Notes: generated from the sequence alone by a model not told the origin. A DNA stretch of 64,000 bases from Sedimentibacter sp. (GCA_050173715.1 JBFXKO010000020.1:855-64854); one strand, 5' to 3'; positions 39,530 through 51,009 are shown, counted from the stretch's first letter. Numbers and translations are program-made.

Positions 39530-40405
39530 ATGGAATTGGTTAATGCCGAAAAAGTATTAAGTAAAAGAAAAATAATATCTTTGGTTTTGAAAGCAGCAGT
39601 TTGGCTCTGTGGAATTTTAACTGTTGGAATATTAATATATATACTTTTATTTATTCTGATTCGTGGAATTCCTAACATCAACATGGAATTCTTGTTTGGA
39701 GAATATAACTCAGAATCGCTTTCTGCTTTTTCATCTATTGTAACAACCATCGAAATGATTTTTATTTCACTTCTTTTTGCAGTTCCCATTGGAGTGTTTT
39801 GTGCAATATATCTCACAGAATATGCAAAAAGAGGAAACAAGGCAGTAAAGGTCATAAGACTTGCTGTTGATACGCTTGCGGGTATACCTTCAATAGTTTA
39901 TGGCTTATTTGGTATGATTTTGTTTGTTAACCTCCTGGGCTTCAGAGCATCAGTATTGTCAGGCATATGCACAGTTTCAATCATGATTTTGCCTGTAATA
40001 ATAAGTTCTTCTGAAGAAGCAATTAAATCAGTGCCTGATATGTATAGAGAAGGAAGTCTTGGATTAGGTGCTACAAGACTTAGAACTGTGTTTAAAATAG
40101 TTTTGCCAACTGCTATGCCTGGAATATTGGCAGGAGTAATTCTAGCTATAGGTAGAATTGTAGGAGAAACTGCAGCATTGATATTTACAAGCGGCACTAA
40201 CGTGTTGGAAAATCCTACATTGGATTTGCTTGCTTCACAAAGAACGCTGGCAATACACATGTACATGTTGGCCAGTGAAGGTCTGCCTCATTCAAAGGAT
40301 ATGGCTTTTGCAACAGGAGCAATTTTGATATTGGTTGTTTTTTTAGTAAATCTTACAACTACTAAGCTTGCAGGAAAACTGGGGAGGCTTGAAAATGATA
40401 AATAA
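39530..40405 (+). CDS. pstA: Phosphate ABC permease PstA
   Basis: [10 protein letters not shown] and [10 protein letters not shown] motifs. Confidence 0.95.
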   Translation: MELVNAEKVLSKRKIISLVLKAAVWLCGILTVGILIYILLFILIRGIPNINMEFLFGEYNSESLSAFSSIVTTIEMIFISLLFAVPIGVFCAIYLTEYAKRGNKAVKVIRLAVDTLAGIPSIVYGLFGMILFVNLLGFRASVLSGICTVSIMILPVIISSSEEAIKSVPDMYREGSLGLGATRLRTVFKIVLPTAMPGILAGVILAIGRIVGETAALIFTSGTNVLENPTLDLLASQRTLAIHMYMLASEGLPHSKDMAFATGAILILVVFLVNLTTTKLAGKLGRLENDK

Positions 40406-41153
40406 TGATAAAATCAAAATAGAAAATGTAAATTTATATTATGGAGAATTCCAAGCTCTGAAAAATATTAACATGGATGTAAAGGAAAATGAAATAACAG
40501 CATTTATTGGACCATCAGGCTGCGGAAAATCAACTCTTTTAAAATCATTGAACAGAATGAATGATTTGGTTGAAGGAGTAAAGATAAATGGCAAGATGCT
40601 TTTGGATAATGTTGACATTTACAAGGATATGGATCCGACAATACTGAGGAAAAGAGTTGGAATGGTGTTTCAAAAACCAAATCCATTTCCAATGAGCATA
40701 TATGAAAATGTTGCATATGGACCAAAGACTCACGGTGTTAAATCCAAATCAAAACTGAATGAAATAGTTGAACAAAGCCTTAGATCAGCCGCAATGTGGG
40801 ACGAAGTAAAGGATAGATTGAAAAAAAGTGCACTGGGACTGTCAGGCGGACAGCAACAAAGACTTTGTATCGCAAGAGCATTTTCGGTTAATCCTGAAGT
40901 TATTTTGCTTGATGAGCCAACTTCAGCGTTAGACCCTATCTCTACCATGAAAATAGAGGATTTATTAGTTGAAATTAAGAAAAATTATACTATAATAATA
41001 GTAACTCACAATATGCAGCAAGCAACTAGAATTTCAGATAAAACCGGTTTTTTCCTCCATGGAGAAGTGGTTGAATTTGATGAAACAGAAAAATTATTTT
41101 CTATGCCAAAAAATAAGAAAACCGAAGATTATATAACCGGAAGATTCGGCTAA
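40395..41153 (+). CDS. pstB: Phosphate ABC ATPase PstB
   Basis: [37 protein letters not shown] motifs. Confidence 0.96.
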   Translation: MINNDKIKIENVNLYYGEFQALKNINMDVKENEITAFIGPSGCGKSTLLKSLNRMNDLVEGVKINGKMLLDNVDIYKDMDPTILRKRVGMVFQKPNPFPMSIYENVAYGPKTHGVKSKSKLNEIVEQSLRSAAMWDEVKDRLKKSALGLSGGQQQRLCIARAFSVNPEVILLDEPTSALDPISTMKIEDLLVEIKKNYTIIIVTHNMQQATRISDKTGFFLHGEVVEFDETEKLFSMPKNKKTEDYITGRFG

Positions 41154-41175
41154 AATTAAAAAGGTGGAGGCAGAT

Positions 41176-41823
41176 ATGAGAAACAGATTTGATACAGAAC
41201 TGGAAAATTTAAATCTTGAGCTAATTAAAATGGGTAGCATGATTGAAGTGGCGATTGAAACTAGTGCTAAGGCTCTGATAAACCAGGATATAGAACTTGT
41301 AAAAAAAGTAAATGAATATGAAGTTGAAATTGATGAAATGGAAAAGACAATTGAAGGTCACTGCTTAAAGCTTCTGCTTCAACAGCAGCCTGTTGCATCA
41401 GATTTAAGATTAATAAGCACTGCTCTTAAGATGATCACAGATATGGAAAGAATCGGTGACAATGCAGAGGATATAGCTGAAATTTCTAGATATCTTGTTG
41501 ATCAAAAATTCATTAAGGATTTAGTCCACATACCTCAGATGGCAGAAGCAACCATAAGTATGGTTAAAAGAGCTGTTGATGCTTTCGTATCCAAGGACAA
41601 GGAGCTTGCAATGGAAGTTTGCAAGGATGATGATATTGTAGATGATTTGTTCCAGGTAATAAAAAAAGAATTAATTGAAAAAATCCAGGAAAGTACTGAA
41701 AACGGCGAGCAGGCAATCGACCTTTTAATGGTGGCTAAATATTTGGAGAGAATTGGAGATCATGCTGAAAATATAGCGGAATGGGTTATATTTTCAATTA
41801 CTGGTGAACATAAAATAAGATAG
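41176..41823 (+). CDS. phoU: Phosphate signalling protein PhoU
   Basis: QQPVASDLR, ERIGD repeated twice. Confidence 0.95.
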   Translation: MRNRFDTELENLNLELIKMGSMIEVAIETSAKALINQDIELVKKVNEYEVEIDEMEKTIEGHCLKLLLQQQPVASDLRLISTALKMITDMERIGDNAEDIAEISRYLVDQKFIKDLVHIPQMAEATISMVKRAVDAFVSKDKELAMEVCKDDDIVDDLFQVIKKELIEKIQESTENGEQAIDLLMVAKYLERIGDHAENIAEWVIFSITGEHKIR

Positions 41824-41832
41824 GAGAGAATA

Positions 41833-42528
41833 ATGAAGCTTGTATACTGTGTAGAAGATGATGCAGGAATCAGAGAGCTGATAACCTTGGCTTTGAGCAC
41901 TGCTGATTTTGAAGTTATAGGATTTGAGGATTCACAGGAGTTTTATGTTGAATTAAAGAAAAGAGTTCCCGATTTAATCCTCCTTGATTTAATGCTGCCC
42001 AAAATTGATGGCATGTCTATTTTGAAGGGTCTGAAAAAGGATGCAAATTACAGCGATATTCCCGTAATAATTCTTACTGCAAAATCTTTGGAATTAGACA
42101 AAGTAAAAGGATTGGAATCAGGAGCGGATGATTTTATCACTAAACCATTTGGAGTATTAGAGCTTCTAGCAAGAGTAAAAGCAGTTTTAAGACGTTCATT
42201 CAAGAAAGGTACTGATGATGAAGTTATTGAGTATAATGATATTGTGCTTGATTACAATAAACGCACAATACAATTCAATAACAATCAGGTTGCCTTAACA
42301 TACAAGGAATTTGAGCTTTTACATTATTTGATGCTGAACAAGGGAATTGTTTTGTCCAGAGAAAAGATACTTCAGGAAATATGGGGTTACGACTATGAGG
42401 GCGAAACAAGGACTGTTGACATGCATATAAAGACAATAAGACAGAAGTTAGAAGCTGCAGGCTGCCCCAATTATATCGTAACAGTAAGAAGTGCAGGATA
42501 CAAGCTAGAGGAGCCTGTTGATGAATGA
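41833..42528 (+). CDS. phoP: OmpR-family response regulator (PhoP/PhoB)
   Basis: Receiver domain (LDLMLP, GADDFITKPF) plus winged helix (RTVDMHI, TVRSAGY); follows pst-phoU. Confidence 0.88.
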   Translation: MKLVYCVEDDAGIRELITLALSTADFEVIGFEDSQEFYVELKKRVPDLILLDLMLPKIDGMSILKGLKKDANYSDIPVIILTAKSLELDKVKGLESGADDFITKPFGVLELLARVKAVLRRSFKKGTDDEVIEYNDIVLDYNKRTIQFNNNQVALTYKEFELLHYLMLNKGIVLSREKILQEIWGYDYEGETRTVDMHIKTIRQKLEAAGCPNYIVTVRSAGYKLEEPVDE

Positions 42529-44249
42529 AAAAAAGATTATTTTTAATATTAATGCTTATTTCAGCAATAGCATCTGCCATATCATCCATTCTGACCACAT
42601 ATATTTATTATAATTTTTATGTAACAGAAACCGAAAATCATTTAAAAACAATTGTTGAGCTGCAGGCTGACGCTGAAAATTGGGAAAGTGAAAGCAAAAT
42701 TAATTCCTCTGTTAGTAAAATATTAGGTGCTTCTGATTACAGCATGCGATTTACTATTATAAATAAAAGCGGAGAAGTTGTTTATGATAGCTGGGCAAAG
42801 GTTGATGCATTGGAAAATCATAAGGATAGACCTGAAATTGCACAGGCATTTGAGAAGGGTTCCGGAGACTTTACAAGATATTCTAATACCATAGATTCAA
42901 ATATGTACTATTACGCTATCAAAATAAATGATGACGAGGTGTTGAGAGTTTCAAGAGAAATAAGTAGCATTAATTCAGTATTTATGAGCATAGTACCAAT
43001 ACTATTTGTTTTATTTATAGGATTGCTGATTGTAGTATATGCAGCGGTCAGTGTATTTATAAAGAAAATACTTAAGCCTTTAAATCAAATGACTAAAGTC
43101 CTTGATGAAATGCTGGTGGGCGAGGAGAGAACAAACCTTAGAATTTATGAAGAATTCGAACCTCTTTCACATAAAATCTTAGAACAAAAAATAAAAATCA
43201 ACCAATATGTTGAAGAGCTGAAATATGAAAGAGACACTATCAGCATAATTACTGAAAACATGAAAGAAGGATTTATTCTTATAAACAGAGATAAAAACAT
43301 TCTTTCCATAAATACCAGCGGCAGACGCATGATTGGAAATGAAAAATTTGATTTAAACCATAAAAGAAATATATTGGAACTCACAAGAAACACTGAATTA
43401 TTGGAAAGAATTGATATATCTATACAGGAAAACAAGCATCTGGTTTATGATGTAAACAATAACAAAAAATATTACAGATATTATTTCAGCCCTGTTTTAG
43501 AACAACACGGTACTAATGTTGCAGGTCTTTTAATTTTAATCGAAGATGTTACAATACAGAAAAATGCTGAAATAATGAGAAGTGAGTTTTCTGCCAATGT
43601 TTCTCATGAATTAAAAACACCTCTTACTACCATCAATGGCTTTGCCGAAATGATTAAGGAAGGTTTTATTACGGATTTACCCAGCATACAAAAATATAGC
43701 GGAATGATAAACAAGGAAGGCTTGAGACTCATTTCCTTAATTGAAGATATTATGAGGCTTTCAAAAATAGAAGAAAAACATAATATTGAAGAAAATTCTT
43801 TAGTTAACTTAAAGGAAAATGCTGAATATATTGTTTCAATTTTAAAAACCAAAGCAGATGGCATGAATGTAAGCATAAATCTGAATGCTCAAGAAGTGTT
43901 CATTAAAGCCAATAAAAATTATATTCATGAACTTATGTACAATCTTACTGACAACGCAATAAAGTACAATAAAAATGGCGGATCTGTGGAAATTGATATA
44001 AGCAAATCAAATAATATAATAAGCATAACAGTGAAGGATACAGGCGTGGGTATTGCAAGCGAGCATATGGATAGAATATTTGAACGCTTCTACAGAGTTG
44101 ACAAAAGCCGATCTAACAAAACAGGAGGAACAGGGCTGGGCTTATCAATTGTAAAGCATATAGTTGAGCTTTATGACGGTATGATAGACATTGAAAGCAA
44201 AGAAAACATAGGAACAGAAATTACAATTAAGTTTCCGTCAAACAATTAG
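42525..44249 (+). CDS. phoR: Sensor histidine kinase PhoR
   Basis: ANVSHELKTPL, NLTDNAIKYN, DTGVGI, GTGLGL motifs. Confidence 0.9.
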   Translation: MKKRLFLILMLISAIASAISSILTTYIYYNFYVTETENHLKTIVELQADAENWESESKINSSVSKILGASDYSMRFTIINKSGEVVYDSWAKVDALENHKDRPEIAQAFEKGSGDFTRYSNTIDSNMYYYAIKINDDEVLRVSREISSINSVFMSIVPILFVLFIGLLIVVYAAVSVFIKKILKPLNQMTKVLDEMLVGEERTNLRIYEEFEPLSHKILEQKIKINQYVEELKYERDTISIITENMKEGFILINRDKNILSINTSGRRMIGNEKFDLNHKRNILELTRNTELLERIDISIQENKHLVYDVNNNKKYYRYYFSPVLEQHGTNVAGLLILIEDVTIQKNAEIMRSEFSANVSHELKTPLTTINGFAEMIKEGFITDLPSIQKYSGMINKEGLRLISLIEDIMRLSKIEEKHNIEENSLVNLKENAEYIVSILKTKADGMNVSINLNAQEVFIKANKNYIHELMYNLTDNAIKYNKNGGSVEIDISKSNNIISITVKDTGVGIASEHMDRIFERFYRVDKSRSNKTGGTGLGLSIVKHIVELYDGMIDIESKENIGTEITIKFPSNN

Positions 44250-44367
44250 AGCATTGAACTTTATATGAAAAAATGATAGTATTATGAACATAGGTAAAAC
44301 TACAGATAATGTATGAATAGTAAATAATGTGAAACCTGGTTAATAATACTTTTTTATTGAGGTGAAT

Positions 44368-46050
44368 ATGGATAAAATATTGAGAATAAACACGAGAAGT
44401 AAAGAAATAACTTATGAAAAAGCATCTGATGAATATTTAAAAACTGGAGGCAGAGGTTTAATTGCAAAAATATTGTTAAATGAAGTAAATCCCCAGTGCG
44501 AGCCTCTTGGAAGTGATAATAAGCTTATAATCGCCAACGGTCTATTGACAGGAACTCTTGCTTCAAGCGCAAACAGAATAAGTATTGGAGCTAAAAGCCC
44601 CCTAACAGGCGGCATCAAGGAAAGCAATGGAGGAGGAATAACCGCTATGTGGCTTGCACAGCTTGGAATTAAGGCAGTAGTTGTTGAAGGCATTCCAGAT
44701 GATGATAATTGGTATTACATAAAAATATCCAAGAGCAGCTGCAGCTTGGAGCTTGCTGATGAATATACTGGTATGGGAACATTTGAATTTTGTGAAGAAA
44801 TGCTTAAATTGTATCCTGATTGCGCTGTAACATGCATAGGTCCTGCCGGAGAAAGACAATACAATATTGCAGGCATAGCAACAATGGATAAGGAAAAAAA
44901 GCCCAACAGATACTCAGGCAGAGGCGGACTGGGAGCAGTAATGGGTTCTAAAAAAATAAAGGCAATTGTAGTGACCGAAAAGGGCTCTGTAAATATTGCC
45001 GACAAAAATAAATTTACTGCTGCTTTAAAGGAATACACAACCATTGTCAATGAAGCACCAAGCTCCTTGAGTTACAGGACGTTGGGAACATCAGCAACAG
45101 TAAGGGTGACCAATGATTTGACAGGACTTCCAACAAGAAATTTCAGAGGAGAAAAATTTGAACATGCAGATGAAATTTCCGGAGAAAGCCTTTATTCCTT
45201 TATTAAGGAAAGAGGTGGAGAAGGCAGAAACACGCATGCCTGCATGCCTGGCTGCGTAATACAATGCTCAAATGTAGTTCCTGACAAGGAAGGGCACACC
45301 ATAGTTTCTCCGTTAGAATATGAAACCATAGGTCTTTTGGGTTCTAACTTAGGTCTTGGAAATTTGGAAACAATAGCAAGATTAAATGCCTTTTGCAATG
45401 ATTTCGGAATTGACACCATTGAAACAGGAGCAGCCATAGGTGTTGCCATGGAATCTGGTTTAGCTGATTTTGGTGATGATAAGGCTGCATTTAAATTTAT
45501 GGATGAAATAAAAAATGATACAATTATGGGGAAATTACTTGGAGCAGGGGCTTTAATAACAGGTAAAGTTCTTGGAGTTAAACACATTCCTGCTGTCAAC
45601 GGTCAGGCAATGCCTGCTTATGACCCAAGAGCCATAAAGGGTATGGGTGTTACATTTGCAACCACACCAATGGGAGCAGACCATACATACGGACCAGTTG
45701 TTAAAACAGACAAGGGCTGGGCAGAGGCTTCCTTTGAATCTCAGCAGCTTATGGCTGTATTGGACAGTATGGGAATATGCATGTTCACAAGAGCTGCCAT
45801 AGGGAATCACAAACAGGTGCTGGTTGATTTGGTCAACGGATTAAATGGATATGATTTGGATATGAACTGGCTTAACAAAATGGCAGAAGAAACCATACGT
45901 GATGAATACAAATTTAATGAGCTGGCTGGATTTACAAAATACAATTACCGTATGCCAGATACCTTTGTAAACACTAAAATAAAAAGTCTGGACACTTATT
46001 TTGATGTAAATCAACAAGAGTTAGATAAATTTAGAGAATATTATGATTAA
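44368..46050 (+). CDS. aor: Aldehyde:ferredoxin oxidoreductase family (tungstopterin) enzyme
   Basis: KSPLTGGIKESNGGG, GRGGLGAVMGSKKIKA, CMPGCVIQC, EYET motifs. Confidence 0.9.
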   Translation: MDKILRINTRSKEITYEKASDEYLKTGGRGLIAKILLNEVNPQCEPLGSDNKLIIANGLLTGTLASSANRISIGAKSPLTGGIKESNGGGITAMWLAQLGIKAVVVEGIPDDDNWYYIKISKSSCSLELADEYTGMGTFEFCEEMLKLYPDCAVTCIGPAGERQYNIAGIATMDKEKKPNRYSGRGGLGAVMGSKKIKAIVVTEKGSVNIADKNKFTAALKEYTTIVNEAPSSLSYRTLGTSATVRVTNDLTGLPTRNFRGEKFEHADEISGESLYSFIKERGGEGRNTHACMPGCVIQCSNVVPDKEGHTIVSPLEYETIGLLGSNLGLGNLETIARLNAFCNDFGIDTIETGAAIGVAMESGLADFGDDKAAFKFMDEIKNDTIMGKLLGAGALITGKVLGVKHIPAVNGQAMPAYDPRAIKGMGVTFATTPMGADHTYGPVVKTDKGWAEASFESQQLMAVLDSMGICMFTRAAIGNHKQVLVDLVNGLNGYDLDMNWLNKMAEETIRDEYKFNELAGFTKYNYRMPDTFVNTKIKSLDTYFDVNQQELDKFREYYD

Positions 46051-46252
46051 AATTACCAATGCAACAGAAGATATAAAGGTTACAATAAATTTAGAATATA
46101 AGGATATCACGTTAAATGAACTTATCGCTGAGCTTAAGGTTGACAATATAAATATTGGAGCTATCCTTGTTAACGGCGTTCCTAAAAAGTTAACTGAAAG
46201 ATTTGAAGATAATTCAGAAATTTATTTACTCCCCATATTGGGGGGAGGATAA
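46043..46252 (+). CDS. MoaD/ThiS-family sulfur carrier
   Basis: 69 aa with C-terminal GG, overlapping the aor stop. Confidence 0.85.
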   Translation: MIKITNATEDIKVTINLEYKDITLNELIAELKVDNINIGAILVNGVPKKLTERFEDNSEIYLLPILGGG

Positions 46253-46387
46253 ACATAATTAAACACGGAGGAGGATAATAATACCCTCTTCTTTTTTTTC
46301 AAAATATATTGACTATTGAATTAATCCATAAATTAAAATATAATTAATCAATTATTTAGATAATTTTAATGTACGAGGTATAAAATA

Positions 46388-47554
46388 ATGTATGTTATAA
46401 ACAATGATGAATTAATAAACATAAGGCGTGAGTTGCACAGAAACCCGGAGCTAGGGGGCAGTGAATATAAAACAATGGATTTTATTTGTTCATACCTTGA
46501 TTCCTGGAACATCGAATATGAAAAGGGAGTTGCTGAAACAGGAGTTATGGCTATTGTCAGAGGAAAAAACAAAACATACAATTCCATTTGCATAGGTATA
46601 AGGGCAGACATTGATGCGCTTCCAATCAAGGAAGAAACTAACATTGATTTTAAATCATTAAATGAAGGAAAAATGCATGCCTGTGGTCATGATGCTCACA
46701 CTGCTGTGGCACTTTATTGTGCTAAGATAATTAAGACTATGGAATCAGAGCTTAAGGGTGATGTTAAGTTTTTCTTTCAACCTGCTGAAGAAACAACAGG
46801 AGGTGCAGAAAGAATGATAAACGAAGGCTGCTTAAAAAACCCAGATGTTGATTATGTCTTTGGTCTCCATGTGGATCCAAATCTTAGAACAGGCAAAATA
46901 AGCATTAAATACGGAAAAATGATGGCCTCATCAGATGAATTAAGAATCAAGGTCTACGGTAAATCAACACACGGAGCACACCCCCACAATGGCATAGACC
47001 CTGTTGTCATAGCATGCAATATAGTTATGTCATTGCAGTCACTAGTGAGCAGAAACATATCACCATTAAATTCAGCAGTTCTCACAATGGGAAGCATCCA
47101 CGGTGGAACGGGTGGCAACATTATACCAGATGAAGTTGAAATGGTGGGAATTTTAAGAACATTAGACCCTGAAACCCGAGAATTTATGAAAAGAAGAATT
47201 GCTGAAATTGTTGAAAGTGTTCCAAAGGCAATGGGAGGCGAAGGAAATCTTCTTATAAGAGAAAGCTATGGTGCATTGATTAATAATGATGAAGCTGTTG
47301 ATTCAATTAAGGAAACTGCCGTAAAAATTCTTGGCAAGGACAATGTGGTAATTTTGGAATATCCCAATATGGGAACAGAGGATTTTTCATATTTTTGTCA
47401 AAATACAAAGGCTTGCTTTTTTAACCTTGGCTGCAGAAATGAACAGATGGATGCTGTATATCCTATTCATTCCAGCAAATTTATGCTGGACGAAGCCTGC
47501 CTTGAAACAGGTGTAAGGCTCCAAGTTGAAAACATACTAAGGATATTTAATTGA
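46388..47554 (+). CDS. M20D amidohydrolase
   Basis: LHRNPEL, RADIDAL, MHACGHDAH, FQPAEE motifs. Confidence 0.92.
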   Translation: MYVINNDELINIRRELHRNPELGGSEYKTMDFICSYLDSWNIEYEKGVAETGVMAIVRGKNKTYNSICIGIRADIDALPIKEETNIDFKSLNEGKMHACGHDAHTAVALYCAKIIKTMESELKGDVKFFFQPAEETTGGAERMINEGCLKNPDVDYVFGLHVDPNLRTGKISIKYGKMMASSDELRIKVYGKSTHGAHPHNGIDPVVIACNIVMSLQSLVSRNISPLNSAVLTMGSIHGGTGGNIIPDEVEMVGILRTLDPETREFMKRRIAEIVESVPKAMGGEGNLLIRESYGALINNDEAVDSIKETAVKILGKDNVVILEYPNMGTEDFSYFCQNTKACFFNLGCRNEQMDAVYPIHSSKFMLDEACLETGVRLQVENILRIFN

Positions 47555-47625
47555 AATTTATATTGATAAATTAAAATAATGTTGATACAATTATACAGTG
47601 TATTTAATATAGAAATGAGTGCAAT

Positions 47626-48453
47626 ATGTTCGGATACGTAAAAATCAATAAAATGGAATTAAAATTTAAGGAATACTACAGCTACAAGGGATATTATTGC
47701 GGGCTCTGTAAGTGCCTTAAACACAAGTACAGCAACAAATCAAGAATGACATTGAATTATGACATGACATTTCTTATATTGCTTTTAAGCTCTCTCTATG
47801 AACCTGAAAACGAGGTATTTCACGAAAGATGCATAGTGCACCCTGAAAAGAAGCAGCTCGTTATACAAAACGAAATAACCGAATATGCAGCTTCCTTGAA
47901 CATAATACTTTCGTACTACAACATGCTTGACAACTGGCAGGATGACAGGGACTATAAATCTTTTGCTGTTATGAAATTATTGGCAGTGGAATTTAAAAAG
48001 GCAAGCAATGAGCTTCCTGAAAAGTCCGAAATAATAAAAGAAAGATTAAATAATATTACAAAACTCGAGAAAGAAAGAACAAAGGATATAGATGCTGTAT
48101 CAAATGAATTCGGACATTTGATGGAAGAAATAATTTTGTTTAAAAAGGATAATTGGGAAAAAAGCTTGAGAAAGATTGGTTTTTATCTAGGCAAATTCAT
48201 TTATTATATTGATGCATTTGAGGATATAAAAAAGGATGAGGAAAGTGGTTCCTATAATCCATTCAACAATCTGGAAGATGCTGACAAAGAGAAGTATGCA
48301 ATGGACTTAATTATGCTTAATTTATCTTTTCTAAGCGATGAAATTGAAAAGCTTCCGTTGGTACAGGATAAGGGAACTATTGATAATATAATTTATTCTG
48401 GTATATTAAATAATTTAGATAAAAGGAGAAATACAAATGAAAGACCCGTATGA
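47626..48453 (+). CDS. DUF5685 family protein
   Basis: [25 protein letters not shown] motifs. Confidence 0.85.
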   Translation: MFGYVKINKMELKFKEYYSYKGYYCGLCKCLKHKYSNKSRMTLNYDMTFLILLLSSLYEPENEVFHERCIVHPEKKQLVIQNEITEYAASLNIILSYYNMLDNWQDDRDYKSFAVMKLLAVEFKKASNELPEKSEIIKERLNNITKLEKERTKDIDAVSNEFGHLMEEIILFKKDNWEKSLRKIGFYLGKFIYYIDAFEDIKKDEESGSYNPFNNLEDADKEKYAMDLIMLNLSFLSDEIEKLPLVQDKGTIDNIIYSGILNNLDKRRNTNERPV

Positions 48454-49033
48454 AGTGCTTGGCCTGCAAAGAGGCGCATCTAAGGATGAAGTAAAGAGCG
48501 CATACCGAAAGCTGGCTAAAAAATACCACCCTGATATGAATGAAAATAATCCTCTTAAAGATTTAGCGGAGGAAAAATTTAAGGAAATTCAATCAGCATA
48601 CGATGAAATAATGAACGGAAACGCAAGCTCTTACCAAGGCTATAACGGAAGCGGCAGTTCTTATGAAAGCGGTTCAGGAAATTTAAACAACATAAGGCAA
48701 ATGATTCAAACAGGAAGGTTCCAGGAGGCTATAAGAGCATTGAACCTGATTCCTACAAGAAATGCAGAGTGGAATTATTTAATGGGTGTTTGTTATGTCA
48801 ATATGGGCTCAATTGCTCAGGGCATGCAATTCGTTCAAAATGCAGCCAGGATGGAACCAAGCAACTTTGAATACAAAAATTTTCTAAATCAAATATACAA
48901 CATGCAAAATTCTTATCAGCACAGAGCATATAATTATGGTGGAGGCAATTCAAGCGCCGACTGCTGCACACAGCTTATTTGTGCAGACTGCTTGTGTGAG
49001 TGCTTGGGAGGAGACCTGATTTCATGCTGTTAA
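48437..49033 (+). CDS. J-domain protein with TPR-like middle and Cys-rich C-terminus
   Basis: DPYEVLG...KYHPD J-domain; 8 Cys in the last 23 residues. Confidence 0.9.
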   Translation: MKDPYEVLGLQRGASKDEVKSAYRKLAKKYHPDMNENNPLKDLAEEKFKEIQSAYDEIMNGNASSYQGYNGSGSSYESGSGNLNNIRQMIQTGRFQEAIRALNLIPTRNAEWNYLMGVCYVNMGSIAQGMQFVQNAARMEPSNFEYKNFLNQIYNMQNSYQHRAYNYGGGNSSADCCTQLICADCLCECLGGDLISCC

Positions 49034-49527
49034 AAAGCAAAGACATAGCATATTTAGGGGTACTTTTAGGATTAAATCAACTTTTTATAATTTTGTCATC
49101 TGTAATAGAAACAAATACAATAATATTTTTTGCTGCGGCAGCATTATTAGTTGGTGTAGTAATAGTTGAGTTCGGGGGAAAAAGCGGAATAGTATTTTAT
49201 GTTGCATCCTGCATTCTTGGATTCTTTTTAACATTCAATAAAATTGAAATAATAACATACATAATTTTTTTTGGATTATACAGTATAGTAAAGCATATAT
49301 TAGAAATAAAAATTAACAATAAAACAATATTGTATGCTTCAAAGATTTTATATTTTAACATATCATTAATTGTAATGTATTTTACAGTGAAATTATTTAT
49401 ATCATTTGAGCTAATGTGGTGGATGATACTAGCAGCTCAAGCGTTGTTCTTAATATATGATTACGCATTTGCAATTTTTATAACCAGCTATATAAATAAT
49501 ATTCAACCAAAGCTAAAACGCAAATAA
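49024..49527 (+). CDS. Hypothetical multi-TM membrane protein
   Basis: Very hydrophobic; ATG 49024 overlaps the preceding stop. Confidence 0.8.
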   Translation: MLLKSKDIAYLGVLLGLNQLFIILSSVIETNTIIFFAAAALLVGVVIVEFGGKSGIVFYVASCILGFFLTFNKIEIITYIIFFGLYSIVKHILEIKINNKTILYASKILYFNISLIVMYFTVKLFISFELMWWMILAAQALFLIYDYAFAIFITSYINNIQPKLKRK

Positions 49528-49598
49528 AAACCCACCCATCAATGCAATTAAGGATTGCTAATGTATTTCGGGAACATTGTTGTATATGCAATAAAAAT

Positions 49599-49667
49599 AA
49601 GGATTTGTGCTGGCACAAATCCTTTCATTAACTGTTCAATGTTCAATATTAATTGTTCACTGAATTC
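49599..49667. repeat. Hairpin plus heptamer (TGTTCAA-type) tandem repeat at the purA 3' end
   Basis: AAGGATTTGTGC-TG-GCACAAATCCTT (49599-49624), then 7-bp units TGTTCAA TGTTCAA TATTAAT TGTTCAC (49633-49660). Confidence 0.7.
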
Positions 49668-50935
49668 ATTATTAGATAGTCTTCTCTTTCAGCTCCCACT
49701 GATACATATTTTATAGGGCAGTCTACCATTTGCTCTAGATACTTGATATATTCATATGCAGCTTTTGGAAGATCTGATTCTTTTCTGCATTTGTTGATGT
49801 CGCATTTCCAGCCGTCCATGTATTCAATTACAGGTTTTGCTTTTTCTAAATCAACTCCCATAGGGAATTCCTGTAGGATTTTGCCATCAACATCATATGC
49901 TGTGACAACAGGTATTTTATCCAAGTAAGACAATACGTCAAGCTTAGTCAAGGCAAGTATATCGGCTCCCTGCATCCTTACTCCGTATTTTGAAGCAACT
50001 ACATCAAAAGGTCCCACTCTTCTTGGACGACCTGTGGCGGCACCGTATTCTCCACCAGCTTCTCTTAGAGCCTTTGCTTCATCTCCGAACATTTCTGCTG
50101 TGAAAGGTCCTTCACCTACACACGAAGAATATGCTTTCATAATACCTATTGTATTATCTAGCTTTTGTCCAGGCACACCGGCACCTATTGGTGCATAAGC
50201 AGCAATCGTAGATGATGAGGAAGTATACGGATAAATTCCAAAATCTATATCTCTTAATGCACCTAATTGAGCTTCAAACATAATTTGTTTGCCTTCTTTT
50301 ACAGCTTCATTAAGATATAAACCTACATCACAGATGTACTCCTCAAGCTCAGCACCATATTTCATCAACCAATCATACATGTCTTCAGCATAAAATTCTA
50401 TTGATTTATATCCGCCTGCAATCATCAGGTTTTTCCATTCAACAACTTGTTCTAAGCGACTCTTAAGAGTTTCCTTGTTCAGCAAGTCTCCCATGCGTAT
50501 GCCCTTTTTAAGGTACTTGTCGCCATAAACCGGTGCAATGCCTCTTCTTGTAGAACCGAACTTCATATCCTTCAACCGTTCTTCTTCAAGCACATCCTGT
50601 TTCACATGATATGGAAGACAAATGATTGCTCTGTCACTGATTTTTAAATTTCCAGGTGTAATTTTTACTCCTGAATTTCTTAAATTATTTAATTCTTTAT
50701 GGAGGTGTTCTAAGTCTATAACCATTCCATTGCCCATTACATTTACTACTTCAGGTCTTAGAATACCTGATGGGAGAAGGTTAAGCACAAATTTGCCTGA
50801 TTCATTCACCACTGTATGACCTGCATTGTTTCCGCCTTGGTAACGGGATACAATATCATAATCCTTAGCTAATAAATCAACCATTCTGCCTTTGCCTTCA
50901 TCACCCCAATTTATTCCTACTATTGCAGTTAGCAT
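49649..50935 (-). CDS. purA: Adenylosuccinate synthetase
   Basis: WGDEGKG, GGNNAGHT, EYGAATGRPRRVG motifs; ATG 50935 after AAGGAGG. Confidence 0.97.
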   Translation of the reverse strand: MLTAIVGINWGDEGKGRMVDLLAKDYDIVSRYQGGNNAGHTVVNESGKFVLNLLPSGILRPEVVNVMGNGMVIDLEHLHKELNNLRNSGVKITPGNLKISDRAIICLPYHVKQDVLEEERLKDMKFGSTRRGIAPVYGDKYLKKGIRMGDLLNKETLKSRLEQVVEWKNLMIAGGYKSIEFYAEDMYDWLMKYGAELEEYICDVGLYLNEAVKEGKQIMFEAQLGALRDIDFGIYPYTSSSSTIAAYAPIGAGVPGQKLDNTIGIMKAYSSCVGEGPFTAEMFGDEAKALREAGGEYGAATGRPRRVGPFDVVASKYGVRMQGADILALTKLDVLSYLDKIPVVTAYDVDGKILQEFPMGVDLEKAKPVIEYMDGWKCDINKCRKESDLPKAAYEYIKYLEQMVDCPIKYVSVGAEREDYLIMNSVNN

Positions 50936-50963
50936 AAAAACCTCCTTATGTTTTGCTAAAAGA

Positions 50964-51009
50964 ATTATATATTTTACGAAAATTAATGTCAAGGAATTAT
51001 TTTTCGTTT
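50964..51009 (-). promoter_or_regulatory. SigA promoter of purA with a possible PurBox-like AAACGAA
   Basis: Minus strand TTGACA-N17-TATAAT (50992-50964); AAACGAAAA at 51009-51001. Confidence 0.65.
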
